In this document: piece by piece, positions 19,214-28,658 of the stretch | Numbering within the stretch: the first letter of the stretch is position 1 | Layout: each line of letters starts with the position of its first letter | Assembly: GCA_947628895.1 (NCBI GenBank) | Contig: CANRBS010000005.1 | Span: 1-46,097, forward strand | Length of the DNA: 46,097 nucleotides | Direction of reading: 5' to 3' | Origin: an uncultured Bacilli bacterium | GTDB lineage: Bacteria; Bacillota_I; Bacilli_A; RF39; UBA660 | Position numbers and translations under genes: made by a program | The notes under the pieces: model-generated | Told to the model about the DNA's origin: nothing | What the model saw: only the letters and a program-made list of their open reading frames with translations | Databases searched by the model: none

Positions 19214-21436
19214 ATGAAAAAATTAATTAAACCAATTTTAGTTTTAGTACTTATAGTTTTATTTGGATCATTTATGATTAAACCAATTATTAATAATATT
19301 TCTTATGGTATTGATTTACAAGGTGGATTTGAAATTTTATATAATATAGAACCACTTGAAGAAGGAGATACCCTAACACAAGATGATTTAGAAAATACAT
19401 ATAAAGCTATAGTTAATAGAATTGATACATTAGGAGTATCAGAACCAGTTATTACTGTTGAAGGAGATAATTTAATTAGAATACAACTTCCAGGTGTATC
19501 AAATGAAGAAGAAGCAAGAAATAGAATTAGTACAACAGCAGTACTTTCTTTTAGAGATGTTAATGATAACTTACTTTTAACTAGTGATATACTTGGTCGT
19601 CATGGTGCCTCTTTATCACAAAATGAAAAAACATTTCAATATCAAGTTAAATTAGATGTTAGTGATACGACTAAATTTTATGAAGTTACTAAAGAATTAA
19701 GTGAAAAAAGTGATGGAAATAATAAAATGATTACTTGGCTTGACTTTGATAGTGAAACTGATTCATATAGTACTCTTACAAGTGAATGTGGAACATCTAA
19801 TAGTAAATGTATATCAGAAGCTTATGTTAATGAAGGACTTAATAGTAGTAGTGTAGTAATTGAAGGTAGTTTTACTAAAGAAGAAGCACAAAATTTAGTA
19901 GATTTAATTAATAGTGGTTCTCTTCCAACTAAACTTACAGAAGAAGCAACTCCAAGAAGTGTATCTCCATCTTTTGGTGAAGAAACTATATTAAAAACTG
20001 GTATTGCTGGAATAATTGCATTTGCTATAATTTCACTTATATTAATAGTTAAATATAGATTAAGTGGTGTTATTAGTAGTGTATGTTTATTTGTATATAT
20101 GATTTTAGTATTCTTGTTATTTAATGGAGTAGATGGAGTACTAACACTTACTGGTATTGCAGCATTAATATTAGGTATTGGTATGGCAGTAGACTCAATT
20201 ATTATTGCTAATGAAAGAGTTAAAGATGAACTTTCTAAAGGTGAAAAATTAAATGTAGCATATAAAGAAGGAAATAAAAGTAGTTTAACTTCTATAATAG
20301 ATGCTAATATCACAACATTCATCGCAGGAGTTATTCTATATATATTTGGTGAATCATCTGTTAAAGGTTTTGCAACTATGTTATTAATTACTATTTTAGT
20401 AACAGCACTAACTACAGTACTATTATATAGATTAATATTAAATGCATTTGTTAAATCTAATGTATTTAAAGATAAACAAAAATTATTATTTGGAGCATCA
20501 AGTAAAAAGAAAGAAATTAATTATGTAAAAATTGCTAAATATCCAATGATTGCTTCTTCCATAATAATTGTACTTGGTATTTGCTTTGTAATATTTAAAG
20601 GATTTAATTTTGGAGTAGATTTTACAGGTGGAACAAATATTAATTTATCATCTTCAAATGATATTGATTTTAATAAAGTAAATGAAATAGTAAAGGGTTA
20701 TGATGTTAGAGATTATGACTATTATATTGGAACTAAAAAAGAAGGATATGTTGTATTAAATGAAATATTAGATGAAGAAAAAGAATTAGCCGTTAAAAAT
20801 AAATTAAATGATTTAGGAATAGAAACATCATCTAATGAAATTAGTACACTTGTAACAGAAAGCCTAACTAAAAATGCAATTAAATCATTAATTTATTCAC
20901 TTATTGCAATTATAATTTATGTAGCTATTAGATTTAATATAAATTATGCTATTAGTGGAATATTAATGTTATTACATGATGTACTTATAATACTTTCTAT
21001 ATTTGCAATATTTAATATATCAGTAGATTTTATAATTATTGCCTCTCTACTTACAATTATTGGTTACTCAATAAATGATACGATAGTTGTATTTGATAGA
21101 ATTAGAGAAAATAAAAAGACACTTTATAGAAATAAAAAACGATTAACTAAAGAAGAACTTACAAATTTAGTAAACACATCATCAATCCAAACAATTAATA
21201 GAAATATATGGACTAGTATTACAACAATAGTAGCAATAGTAACATTACTTTGTGTTGGTTTAAATGATATCTTAACATTTAATATTGCTATATTAATAGG
21301 GCTAATTGCTGGTACAATATCTTCATTATTAATTGGTCCTAAAATTTGGTTAATGCTTGAAAAGAAAAGTATGGAAAAACCAGATGATGAGGATGATGAA
21401 ATAGAAGAATTAAAAATTAAAGGAATAAATTCGTAA
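19214..21436 (+). CDS. secDF: fused protein translocase subunit SecDF
   Basis: GIDLQGG, RIDTLGVSEP, GMAVDSII, SIIDANITT, GVDFTGG, IGYSINDTIVVFDRIRE. Confidence 0.96.
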   Translation: MKKLIKPILVLVLIVLFGSFMIKPIINNISYGIDLQGGFEILYNIEPLEEGDTLTQDDLENTYKAIVNRIDTLGVSEPVITVEGDNLIRIQLPGVSNEEEARNRISTTAVLSFRDVNDNLLLTSDILGRHGASLSQNEKTFQYQVKLDVSDTTKFYEVTKELSEKSDGNNKMITWLDFDSETDSYSTLTSECGTSNSKCISEAYVNEGLNSSSVVIEGSFTKEEAQNLVDLINSGSLPTKLTEEATPRSVSPSFGEETILKTGIAGIIAFAIISLILIVKYRLSGVISSVCLFVYMILVFLLFNGVDGVLTLTGIAALILGIGMAVDSIIIANERVKDELSKGEKLNVAYKEGNKSSLTSIIDANITTFIAGVILYIFGESSVKGFATMLLITILVTALTTVLLYRLILNAFVKSNVFKDKQKLLFGASSKKKEINYVKIAKYPMIASSIIIVLGICFVIFKGFNFGVDFTGGTNINLSSSNDIDFNKVNEIVKGYDVRDYDYYIGTKKEGYVVLNEILDEEKELAVKNKLNDLGIETSSNEISTLVTESLTKNAIKSLIYSLIAIIIYVAIRFNINYAISGILMLLHDVLIILSIFAIFNISVDFIIIASLLTIIGYSINDTIVVFDRIRENKKTLYRNKKRLTKEELTNLVNTSSIQTINRNIWTSITTIVAIVTLLCVGLNDILTFNIAILIGLIAGTISSLLIGPKIWLMLEKKSMEKPDDEDDEIEELKIKGINS

Positions 21437-21452
21437 CTTCTAATGAAAGGAA

Positions 21453-23582
21453 GTGAAAATAATAAAAAATTATACTTATAATGATTTAATAGAATTATTA
21501 AATACATATATGGATACCGTATATATTGATTTTATTAATAAATATTATGAACAAGCTAAAATAATATATGATGGCATGAAAAGAAATAATGGGGAAGAAT
21601 ATATTACTCATCCTATTAATGTTGCATATATTTTAGCATCACTTAAAATGGATCCAGTAACTATAGGTTCTGCTTTAATACATGAAGCTATATCATTAAA
21701 TAAAATGACATATGATGAGATAGTAGATTCGTTTGGAGTAGATAGTGCTAATATTGTAAATGGTGTTACTAAAATAAGTAATTTAAGGCAAACATTTAAA
21801 ATAAATAATCCAGAAAAATATAGAAGAATAATAGTAGGTCTTGCAGAAAATCCAGCAACATTATTTATTAAATTTGCAGATAGATTACACAATCTTAGAA
21901 CTCTTGATTTAAGTGATGAAGAACATAAAAAATATATAATAGATGAAACACAAAACATTTATATACCGATCGCACATAGACTTGGTATGAAAAAAATGAA
22001 AAGTGAACTTGAAGATTTATGCTTACAATACAATGATAGTGAAGGATATAATAAAGTATTAGATAAAATAAATTCATCTAAAGCTGAACTTGAAAAATCA
22101 CTTGCTAAAATGAAATATGAAATAATGCAAATACTTGATGCACACAATATTAAGTATCAAATATTATCGCGGGTTAAATCAGTTAGAGGAATTTATAATA
22201 AACTTAAAAATGGTAAAAAATGGGAAGATATTTATGACTTACTAGGTCTTAGAGTTTTAGTTGATGATGTAGAAGATTGCTATAGAGTAATTGGTCTTGT
22301 TCAAGCTAAATATCAACCAATTCCAAATAGATTTAAAGATTATATTGCAAATCCAAAACCAAATCTATATCAAAGTTTACACACAACAATATTTGGTGAA
22401 GATAAAAGAATATATGAGTTGCAAGTAAGAACTTATGATATGGATGAAATAGCAGAAAAAGGTGTAGCATCTCACTGGAGTTATAAAGAACATATTGATG
22501 GAAGTGTTAAAAATAATTTAGATAAAATATTAGAACAATTTAGAGTTTTAGTAGAAGTAAATGATATGGAAAAAAATATGGATTTCTTTGTAAATATCAA
22601 AGATGAACTTAAAGGAAGTGATATTTATGTATATACTCCAAAAGGAGATATAATAGAGCTTCCTCAAGGAAGTACACCAATAGATTTTGCATATAAAATA
22701 CATAGTGAAGTAGGTAATACTACAACTGGTGCACTAGTAAACTCTAAAATGGTAAAACTAGATTATGAACTTAAAGATGGAGATTTAGTAGAATTAATAA
22801 CTCAAAAAGGACATGCTCCATCTAAAGGATGGTTAAAGTTTGTTAAAACAGATAGTGCTAAGAGTAGAATTAAATCATACTTCTATAAAAAAGAAAGAGA
22901 AAAATATATATCACTTGGTCATGATATGATGGCAAGTGAATGTAAAAAAAGAAACTTAGATATAAATGAAATATTAAACGATGAAAATATGGAAAAACTA
23001 TCTAAAGCTCTTGGAATAGAAACTTTAGATGACTTATATTTCTCTGTTGCAACTATGAAGTTTTTACCATCATCTATTCTTAATAGACTTGAAGTAAAAG
23101 AACCAAAATCTAAAGTACTTACATTACCAAAACAAAAAGGTTCATCTAAAAATGGTATAGTAATCGCGGGATCTACAGATATATTATCAACACTTGCAAC
23201 TTGTTGTAATCCTGTTTATGGTGAAGATATAGTAGGATATATAACAAGGGGTTATGGAGTTAAAATACATTCTAAGAATTGTCCTAATATTGATTTAAGT
23301 AGTGATAGAATTATTGAAGCTTCTTGGGAAAATGATGTTGATAATAGATATAATGCAAAATTAAAAGTATATATTGATGAAGTAAGTGATATACTTCTAA
23401 ATATTATTACACTAGCTACTAAAAAAGAAATAATAGTAGATTCAATAAATTTAATAAATAGAAATAAAGAATTATTTTATGATATAAATTGTAAAGTAAA
23501 AAATATAAAGTCTTTACATGAGTTCATAGATGAAATAAAATTAATTAAGAGTGTAAAAGCCGTAGAAAGGATATTTATCTAA
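21453..23582 (+). CDS. relA: long RSH (p)ppGpp synthetase Rel
   Basis: IKFADRLHN, RVKS, YQSLHTT, ELQVRT, TGS (TPIDFAY..H), CCNP, ACT domain; precedes dtd. Confidence 0.95.
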   Translation: MKIIKNYTYNDLIELLNTYMDTVYIDFINKYYEQAKIIYDGMKRNNGEEYITHPINVAYILASLKMDPVTIGSALIHEAISLNKMTYDEIVDSFGVDSANIVNGVTKISNLRQTFKINNPEKYRRIIVGLAENPATLFIKFADRLHNLRTLDLSDEEHKKYIIDETQNIYIPIAHRLGMKKMKSELEDLCLQYNDSEGYNKVLDKINSSKAELEKSLAKMKYEIMQILDAHNIKYQILSRVKSVRGIYNKLKNGKKWEDIYDLLGLRVLVDDVEDCYRVIGLVQAKYQPIPNRFKDYIANPKPNLYQSLHTTIFGEDKRIYELQVRTYDMDEIAEKGVASHWSYKEHIDGSVKNNLDKILEQFRVLVEVNDMEKNMDFFVNIKDELKGSDIYVYTPKGDIIELPQGSTPIDFAYKIHSEVGNTTTGALVNSKMVKLDYELKDGDLVELITQKGHAPSKGWLKFVKTDSAKSRIKSYFYKKEREKYISLGHDMMASECKKRNLDINEILNDENMEKLSKALGIETLDDLYFSVATMKFLPSSILNRLEVKEPKSKVLTLPKQKGSSKNGIVIAGSTDILSTLATCCNPVYGEDIVGYITRGYGVKIHSKNCPNIDLSSDRIIEASWENDVDNRYNAKLKVYIDEVSDILLNIITLATKKEIIVDSINLINRNKELFYDINCKVKNIKSLHEFIDEIKLIKSVKAVERIFI

Positions 23583-24037
23583 TGAGAGTAGTTATTCAAA
23601 GAAGTAAAAAAAGTAAAGTAACAATTGATGGTAAAATAAATGGAAAGATTGATCATGGTTTTGTTATCTTAGTTGGATTTACGGAAGGTGATAATGAAAA
23701 AATATTAGATAAAATGATTAATAAGATTATTAATTTACGAATTTTTGAAGATGAAAATGGTAAAATGAATAAAAGTATACTTGATACTAAAGGTAGTATT
23801 TTAAGTATTAGCCAGTTTACTTTATATGCATCTTGTACTGAAGGAAGAAAACCATCATTTATAAATGCATTAAATCCAGCTACCGCGACTATACTTTATG
23901 ATAAATTTAATCAAAAATTAAGTGAATTTGTAAGTGTAGAAACTGGAATATTTGGAAGTGATATGAAAGTTGAAATATTTAATGACGGACCTGTAACAAT
24001 AATTTTAGATAGTAATGAAATATGTAAAAATGCATAA
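23582..24037 (+). CDS. dtd: D-aminoacyl-tRNA deacylase
   Basis: MRVVIQR, SQFTL, NDGPVT. Confidence 0.97.
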   Translation: MRVVIQRSKKSKVTIDGKINGKIDHGFVILVGFTEGDNEKILDKMINKIINLRIFEDENGKMNKSILDTKGSILSISQFTLYASCTEGRKPSFINALNPATATILYDKFNQKLSEFVSVETGIFGSDMKVEIFNDGPVTIILDSNEICKNA

Positions 24038-24085
24038 TGATTTTTTATGCATTTTTTGATATAATAAGAAAGGAAGGTGATAATT

Positions 24086-24520
24086 ATGAGTGAAAAGGGA
24101 CTTACATTAAAAAAATTATTAATGATAATATTTATAATTGTATTAATAGTACTTGGTGTATTTTATTTTAAAAATGCATCTAAAAAGACTAAGGAAACTG
24201 CTTTCGTAAATGATGTTCAAAATTTAATAAAATTTGCAAGAGAAAATTTTACTTCAAGTCTACTATTAGAAAAAGAAAAGAGTTGTTTTCATAGTGAAAC
24301 AAATCCAATAAAAGTTGTTTTAGCTGATACTAGTTTAAAATATTATGTAAAATTAAATGAACAAGGAGAAGTTACAAATATAGTTGTTACAAGTGATATT
24401 TTTGAATTTACTGCAAATGGTGATAAAATTAATGAATTAGATGTTGGTTCACGATCTTCAAATAGAAAGTATAAAGTTAGTGAATTAAAAGATGACACAA
24501 TTATTCCAAGTTGTCAATAA
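24086..24520 (+). CDS. small pilin-like protein (no Glu5)
   Basis: MSEKG|LTLKKLL + TM; F..DVQNLI, CFHSETN, YYVKLNEQG, RKYKVSE, terminal Cys shared with the large paralogs. Confidence 0.72.
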   Translation: MSEKGLTLKKLLMIIFIIVLIVLGVFYFKNASKKTKETAFVNDVQNLIKFARENFTSSLLLEKEKSCFHSETNPIKVVLADTSLKYYVKLNEQGEVTNIVVTSDIFEFTANGDKINELDVGSRSSNRKYKVSELKDDTIIPSCQ

Positions 24521-24637
24521 TGTAATTTAATAGATATAAAAGTACAAATTTATTTGATACTTTTTTATTTGTAAAAAATAATCTATTTTGTTTTTAAATA
24601 TAAAAAAATGTGTTAGAATAAAAATAGAGGTGAAATT

Positions 24638-25654
24638 ATGTCATATATTATTAACAGAATAAAAAGTATTCAATTTAAAAGAATGAATGAAGTATTAAAT
24701 AGGGAGGCATCATTAAACAATAGAAGTAGACTTTCTATTAAAATGGATTATTTAGGATGTGTCTTTAAATATAAACTTGGTTATGTTGATTATATGAAAG
24801 GTAATTATGCTAATTTAAATGATACTGATAGAAGCAAAATGTTAAATACAGAAAACTATAGAAAATTACTTGCATATTTAAATCCTATTAAATATAGAGT
24901 AACTATGGATGATAAAATAGTTTGTAATAAAATTTTTCATAATTATATAAAAAGAGATTATATTGATTTAAGAGTAACTAGTCTTAATGAATTTAAAAAA
25001 TTTGTAAAAGAAAAAGAAATTGTTTTTGCTAAACTAGTTGATGGTTTTGGTGGAGATGGTGTTAAAAAAATAGTTGCAAATAACATTGATGATTATGAAA
25101 AATTATATAAAGATTTAATTGAAAAAAGACAATATTTAATAGAAGAAAAAATTATTCAACATAAAGAATTAGATAAAATTAATGAATTTGCTGTTAATAA
25201 TATAAGAATAGTAACTATATTAAAAGATGGAGAAGTAAATATATTTGAAAGAATACTGCGTATAAATGATGGACTTACTGATACAATTAGTTCTCATGAC
25301 ATTCAAGGAAGACTTGATGATAAAGGTAATTTAATATCTAGAATGGTTGATGATGACTTAAATGTATTTGAAACTCATCCTGTTACTGGATTTAAATTTG
25401 AAGGTATTAAAATACCATTTATGAAAGAAACAATTGAATTATGTGAGAAGGCTGCTCTTGAAGTTCCAAATATTAGACTTATTGGATGGGATATAGCAAT
25501 TACTAAAGATGGACCTGAAATTATTGAAGTAAATCCATATCCATGTTATACAAATTATCAATATTATTTAATGCATGATGACGATGAAAAAATGAATTAT
25601 TTAGAGCAAATAAAAGATATTTTAGGAAGTGAGATTGAAAATGTTAAGTGGTAA
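24638..25654 (+). CDS. sugar-transfer associated ATP-grasp protein
   Basis: DDK, K..DG.GG.GV, EEKIIQH, VNNIRIVT, HPVTG, IGWDIAIT..GP.IIEVN. Confidence 0.8.
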   Translation: MSYIINRIKSIQFKRMNEVLNREASLNNRSRLSIKMDYLGCVFKYKLGYVDYMKGNYANLNDTDRSKMLNTENYRKLLAYLNPIKYRVTMDDKIVCNKIFHNYIKRDYIDLRVTSLNEFKKFVKEKEIVFAKLVDGFGGDGVKKIVANNIDDYEKLYKDLIEKRQYLIEEKIIQHKELDKINEFAVNNIRIVTILKDGEVNIFERILRINDGLTDTISSHDIQGRLDDKGNLISRMVDDDLNVFETHPVTGFKFEGIKIPFMKETIELCEKAALEVPNIRLIGWDIAITKDGPEIIEVNPYPCYTNYQYYLMHDDDEKMNYLEQIKDILGSEIENVKW

Positions 25655-26699
25655 TACTCTAGAAATTAACTTAAAAGGGATTTTTCATAATGTAAAAGAG
25701 ATTACTAATAATTATAAATATAAATATTATATTGGAGTAGTTAAAGCAAATGCCTATGGTTGTGGGTATGATAAAGTAATTAAAACTATGGAAAGTGCCG
25801 GAATAAATTATTTTGCTGTCGCGAATATTGATGAAGCATTGATGGTAAGAAAATATACTAAAAAAGGAATATTAATATTAACACCAGTTTTTCCAGAAGA
25901 CATAAATAAATGTATTAGAAATAATATTTCAATTACTATTGATGACATTAATTATTTAAAAGCTATTAAAATTACTCGTAAATTAAAAATACATATTAAA
26001 GTAAATACTGGAATGAATAGATTTGGTAGTAATGATGTAAATGAAATAAAAGAAATAATTAATTATTCACAAAAAAATGGCATAAAAGTAGAAGGTATAT
26101 ATACTCATATATATTATGCAGCTAATAAAAAGCAAGTTGATTCTCAAATAGATGTATTTAATTATATTTTTAGTAAATTAAATTATGATTTTCCAATGGT
26201 TCATATTATGAATAGTGAATCATTACTTCTATATGATAAATTTAAATATACAAATGGTATTAGAATAGGTGACTTATTATATGGACTTACTTTAGATGAT
26301 AGATTTGAATCAGTTATTAGTTTAAAAAGTCATATTATTAGAATAAGAAAACTTAAAAAAGGTGATACGGTTGGTTATGATGGAGCTTATACTGCAGAAA
26401 AAGATAATGAATTAATAGGTATTATACCAATTGGATATGCAGATGGATTATTAAAACCAAATAAAGGAAGATTCGTATATATAAATGATAAAAAATATAA
26501 AATAGTAGGTAATATATGTATGTGTAATGCATTTATTAAAATAGATGAAACCGTTAAATTATTTGATACAGTTTATTTAATTAAAGATTCAAAAGATGTA
26601 ATGAGAATATCTGAATATTTAAGTGATACTTATAATGAAGCTCCAAGTGAAATTACATGTGTAATAGATAATAATATTAAAAAAACTTATATAAATTAA
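25641..26699 (+). CDS. alr: alanine racemase family PLP enzyme
   Basis: VVKANAYG, HIKVNTGMNRFG, GIYTH, VGYDG, IGYADG, VGNICM; start 25641 assumed. Confidence 0.85.
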   Translation: MLSGNTLEINLKGIFHNVKEITNNYKYKYYIGVVKANAYGCGYDKVIKTMESAGINYFAVANIDEALMVRKYTKKGILILTPVFPEDINKCIRNNISITIDDINYLKAIKITRKLKIHIKVNTGMNRFGSNDVNEIKEIINYSQKNGIKVEGIYTHIYYAANKKQVDSQIDVFNYIFSKLNYDFPMVHIMNSESLLLYDKFKYTNGIRIGDLLYGLTLDDRFESVISLKSHIIRIRKLKKGDTVGYDGAYTAEKDNELIGIIPIGYADGLLKPNKGRFVYINDKKYKIVGNICMCNAFIKIDETVKLFDTVYLIKDSKDVMRISEYLSDTYNEAPSEITCVIDNNIKKTYIN

Positions 26700-26745
26700 T
26701 GATACTTATGTATCATTTTTTAATGTAAAAATAATTATGTGCCTC

Positions 26746-26774
26746 TTGATATATATATATATATACGATATAAT
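26746..26774 (+). promoter_or_regulatory. sigma-A promoter TTGATA-17 bp-TATAAT with (TA)8 tract
   Basis: Within a 79-bp block (26723-26801) identical to 14168-14246. Confidence 0.75.
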
Positions 26775-26806
26775 AAGGGAGTAAAAATAGAGAAGAGGTA
26801 ACAAAA

Positions 26807-28555
26807 ATGAAAAATAAAAATGCTTTTACATTAGTAGAATTATTAGCAGTAATAGCAATCTTAGCAATACTAGTAATTATAGCACTACCAAATGTACTTA
26901 AAATGTTTAGAGAAGCAAAAATAAATACATTTACCCGTGAAGTACAAAATATAATAAGAAGTGCTGAGAGTAAATATGTATCTTTGTCTATTGGAAATAA
27001 AAATACAAATTGTTTTGATAGTAGTACAAATACATTAAATTTAGATGGAAGAAGTAACATATTATATGTAGTTAAATTTAATGATAAAGGAAAAATAATA
27101 GAGATAAATGCAAGAGATGAAGCAAATGAATTAATAGCAAATAATACAAATGGAATACAAAGAGAAGACATAGGAAAAAAATATAAAGTAGAAGCAGCTA
27201 AGACAAGTATAACTGATTGCAAGGGAAATCAGTTGATTGATGGTGAAAAGCCAAAAACAAAATATGTAGAAAGAGAATTAAATGGAGCTGACCCAGTATT
27301 AGGAGATAAAATGATACCAGTAATGTTATCAGATACAGGAGTAGCAACATATGCACGCGAATATGATGAATGGTATAAATATACGGCTAAAAGATGGGCA
27401 AATGCAGTAATATTAGTAGACAAACCAAGTAAAAGTGATTATAAACCAGGAGATACAATATTAGAAAGTGATATAAGAGGATATTTTGTATGGATACCAA
27501 AATATAGTTATAGAATATTTAATTTAGGAGATTATGAAGGATTAGAAAGTAGTAAACCGGAAGATCAAAAAAAGACAATAGAAATAGAATTTGGAACAAG
27601 AACAACAGGAGAAGTAGAGGGTGAGTGTATAACACCAATGGAAAGTGGTTCATCAAAAGCAAGTGGAGCCACAAAAGATTGTCAAGTTGGAGATTTAATG
27701 ACCCATCCAGCATTCTTATCAATACCATCAAATGGATTTTGGGTAGGAAAATTTGAAACAGGATATAATCAAAAAGCCGACCCTAGTCAACCTATAACTG
27801 ATGAAGATATAGCTACATGGACAACAGCAAATGCACAAGTAAATAGTGAAAAACCATCAAATATAATAGTAAAACCAACCGTATATTCATGGATGGGTGC
27901 AACTATATATAATTTATTTATGAATGCTTACAATTTCAATAGAAGTTTAGATAGTCACATGATGAAAAATACTGAGTGGGGAGCAGTAGTATACTTATCA
28001 CATTCAAAATATGGAATAAAAGATGAAGTAAGAATAAATAATCATAGTGGATATTTAACAGGCTATGCAGCAAATGAACCAAATGCAAGTGGGAGTACTA
28101 CAGCAAATACAAAATGGAATACTACTAATGGTCATACTGCTTCAACAACCGGAAACATAACAGGAGTATATGATATGAGTGGTGGTGCCTGGGAATATAT
28201 GGCCTCTTATATAGATGGAAAAACTGGAAGTAGTGGAATGGATAGTATAATAACTAATGAAATATATAATAAGTATTTAGATAAATATTCAAATTTAAGT
28301 GAAAGAACATCATATAAATATAGAATACTCGGAGATGCTACAGGAGAACTCGGACCATTTTGGAGTAGTAGTGGAACCTATCAAAGTGCATGGTATGCCG
28401 ACTATTCGAGCTTCTTTGAGCCTATTTCTCCTTGGCTCAGTCGTGGGGGTGGATGCTATCGTACCATTTTTTCTGGTCAGTTCGGCTTTTACATGAGCAG
28501 TGGTGAAGCCAGCTCTAGTGTTGGCTCCCGTCTTGTTCTTACTCCAATAGATTAA
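26807..28555 (+). CDS. type IV prepilin-like protein with C-terminal CLec/FGE-like variable domain (paralog 3; putative DGR target)
   Basis: NA|FTLVELL; YDMSGGAWEY; PWLSRGG..GQFGF..G...GSRLVL. Confidence 0.85.
   Translation: MKNKNAFTLVELLAVIAILAILVIIALPNVLKMFREAKINTFTREVQNIIRSAESKYVSLSIGNKNTNCFDSSTNTLNLDGRSNILYVVKFNDKGKIIEINARDEANELIANNTNGIQREDIGKKYKVEAAKTSITDCKGNQLIDGEKPKTKYVERELNGADPVLGDKMIPVMLSDTGVATYAREYDEWYKYTAKRWANAVILVDKPSKSDYKPGDTILESDIRGYFVWIPKYSYRIFNLGDYEGLESSKPEDQKKTIEIEFGTRTTGEVEGECITPMESGSSKASGATKDCQVGDLMTHPAFLSIPSNGFWVGKFETGYNQKADPSQPITDEDIATWTTANAQVNSEKPSNIIVKPTVYSWMGATIYNLFMNAYNFNRSLDSHMMKNTEWGAVVYLSHSKYGIKDEVRINNHSGYLTGYAANEPNASGSTTANTKWNTTNGHTASTTGNITGVYDMSGGAWEYMASYIDGKTGSSGMDSIITNEIYNKYLDKYSNLSERTSYKYRILGDATGELGPFWSSSGTYQSAWYADYSSFFEPISPWLSRGGGCYRTIFSGQFGFYMSSGEASSSVGSRLVLTPID
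28391..28555 (+). repeat. DGR-like variable region VR3
   Basis: Gap-free with VR1/VR2; 42 of the first 52 codons end in C/T; conspicuously GC-rich and A-poor for this genome. Confidence 0.7.
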
Positions 28556-28564
28556 CATAATTTT

Positions 28565-28602
28565 AAACATTGATGTTAAATTACTAACATTAATGTTTTT
28601 TT
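28565..28602 (+). terminator. intrinsic terminator after paralog 3
   Basis: aaacattgatgtta...taacattaatgttt stem followed by a T-run. Confidence 0.75.
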
Positions 28603-28658
28603 CTTTATCTTTCTTTATTAAATGATTTATTTATTGTATAATATTTTTAGGTGAGTAT

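Noticed and set aside
19822-22147. Antisense ORFs within secDF and rel (similar ones in pnp, lon, rhuM)
   Set aside because: Opposite well-conserved genes and without independent coding signals
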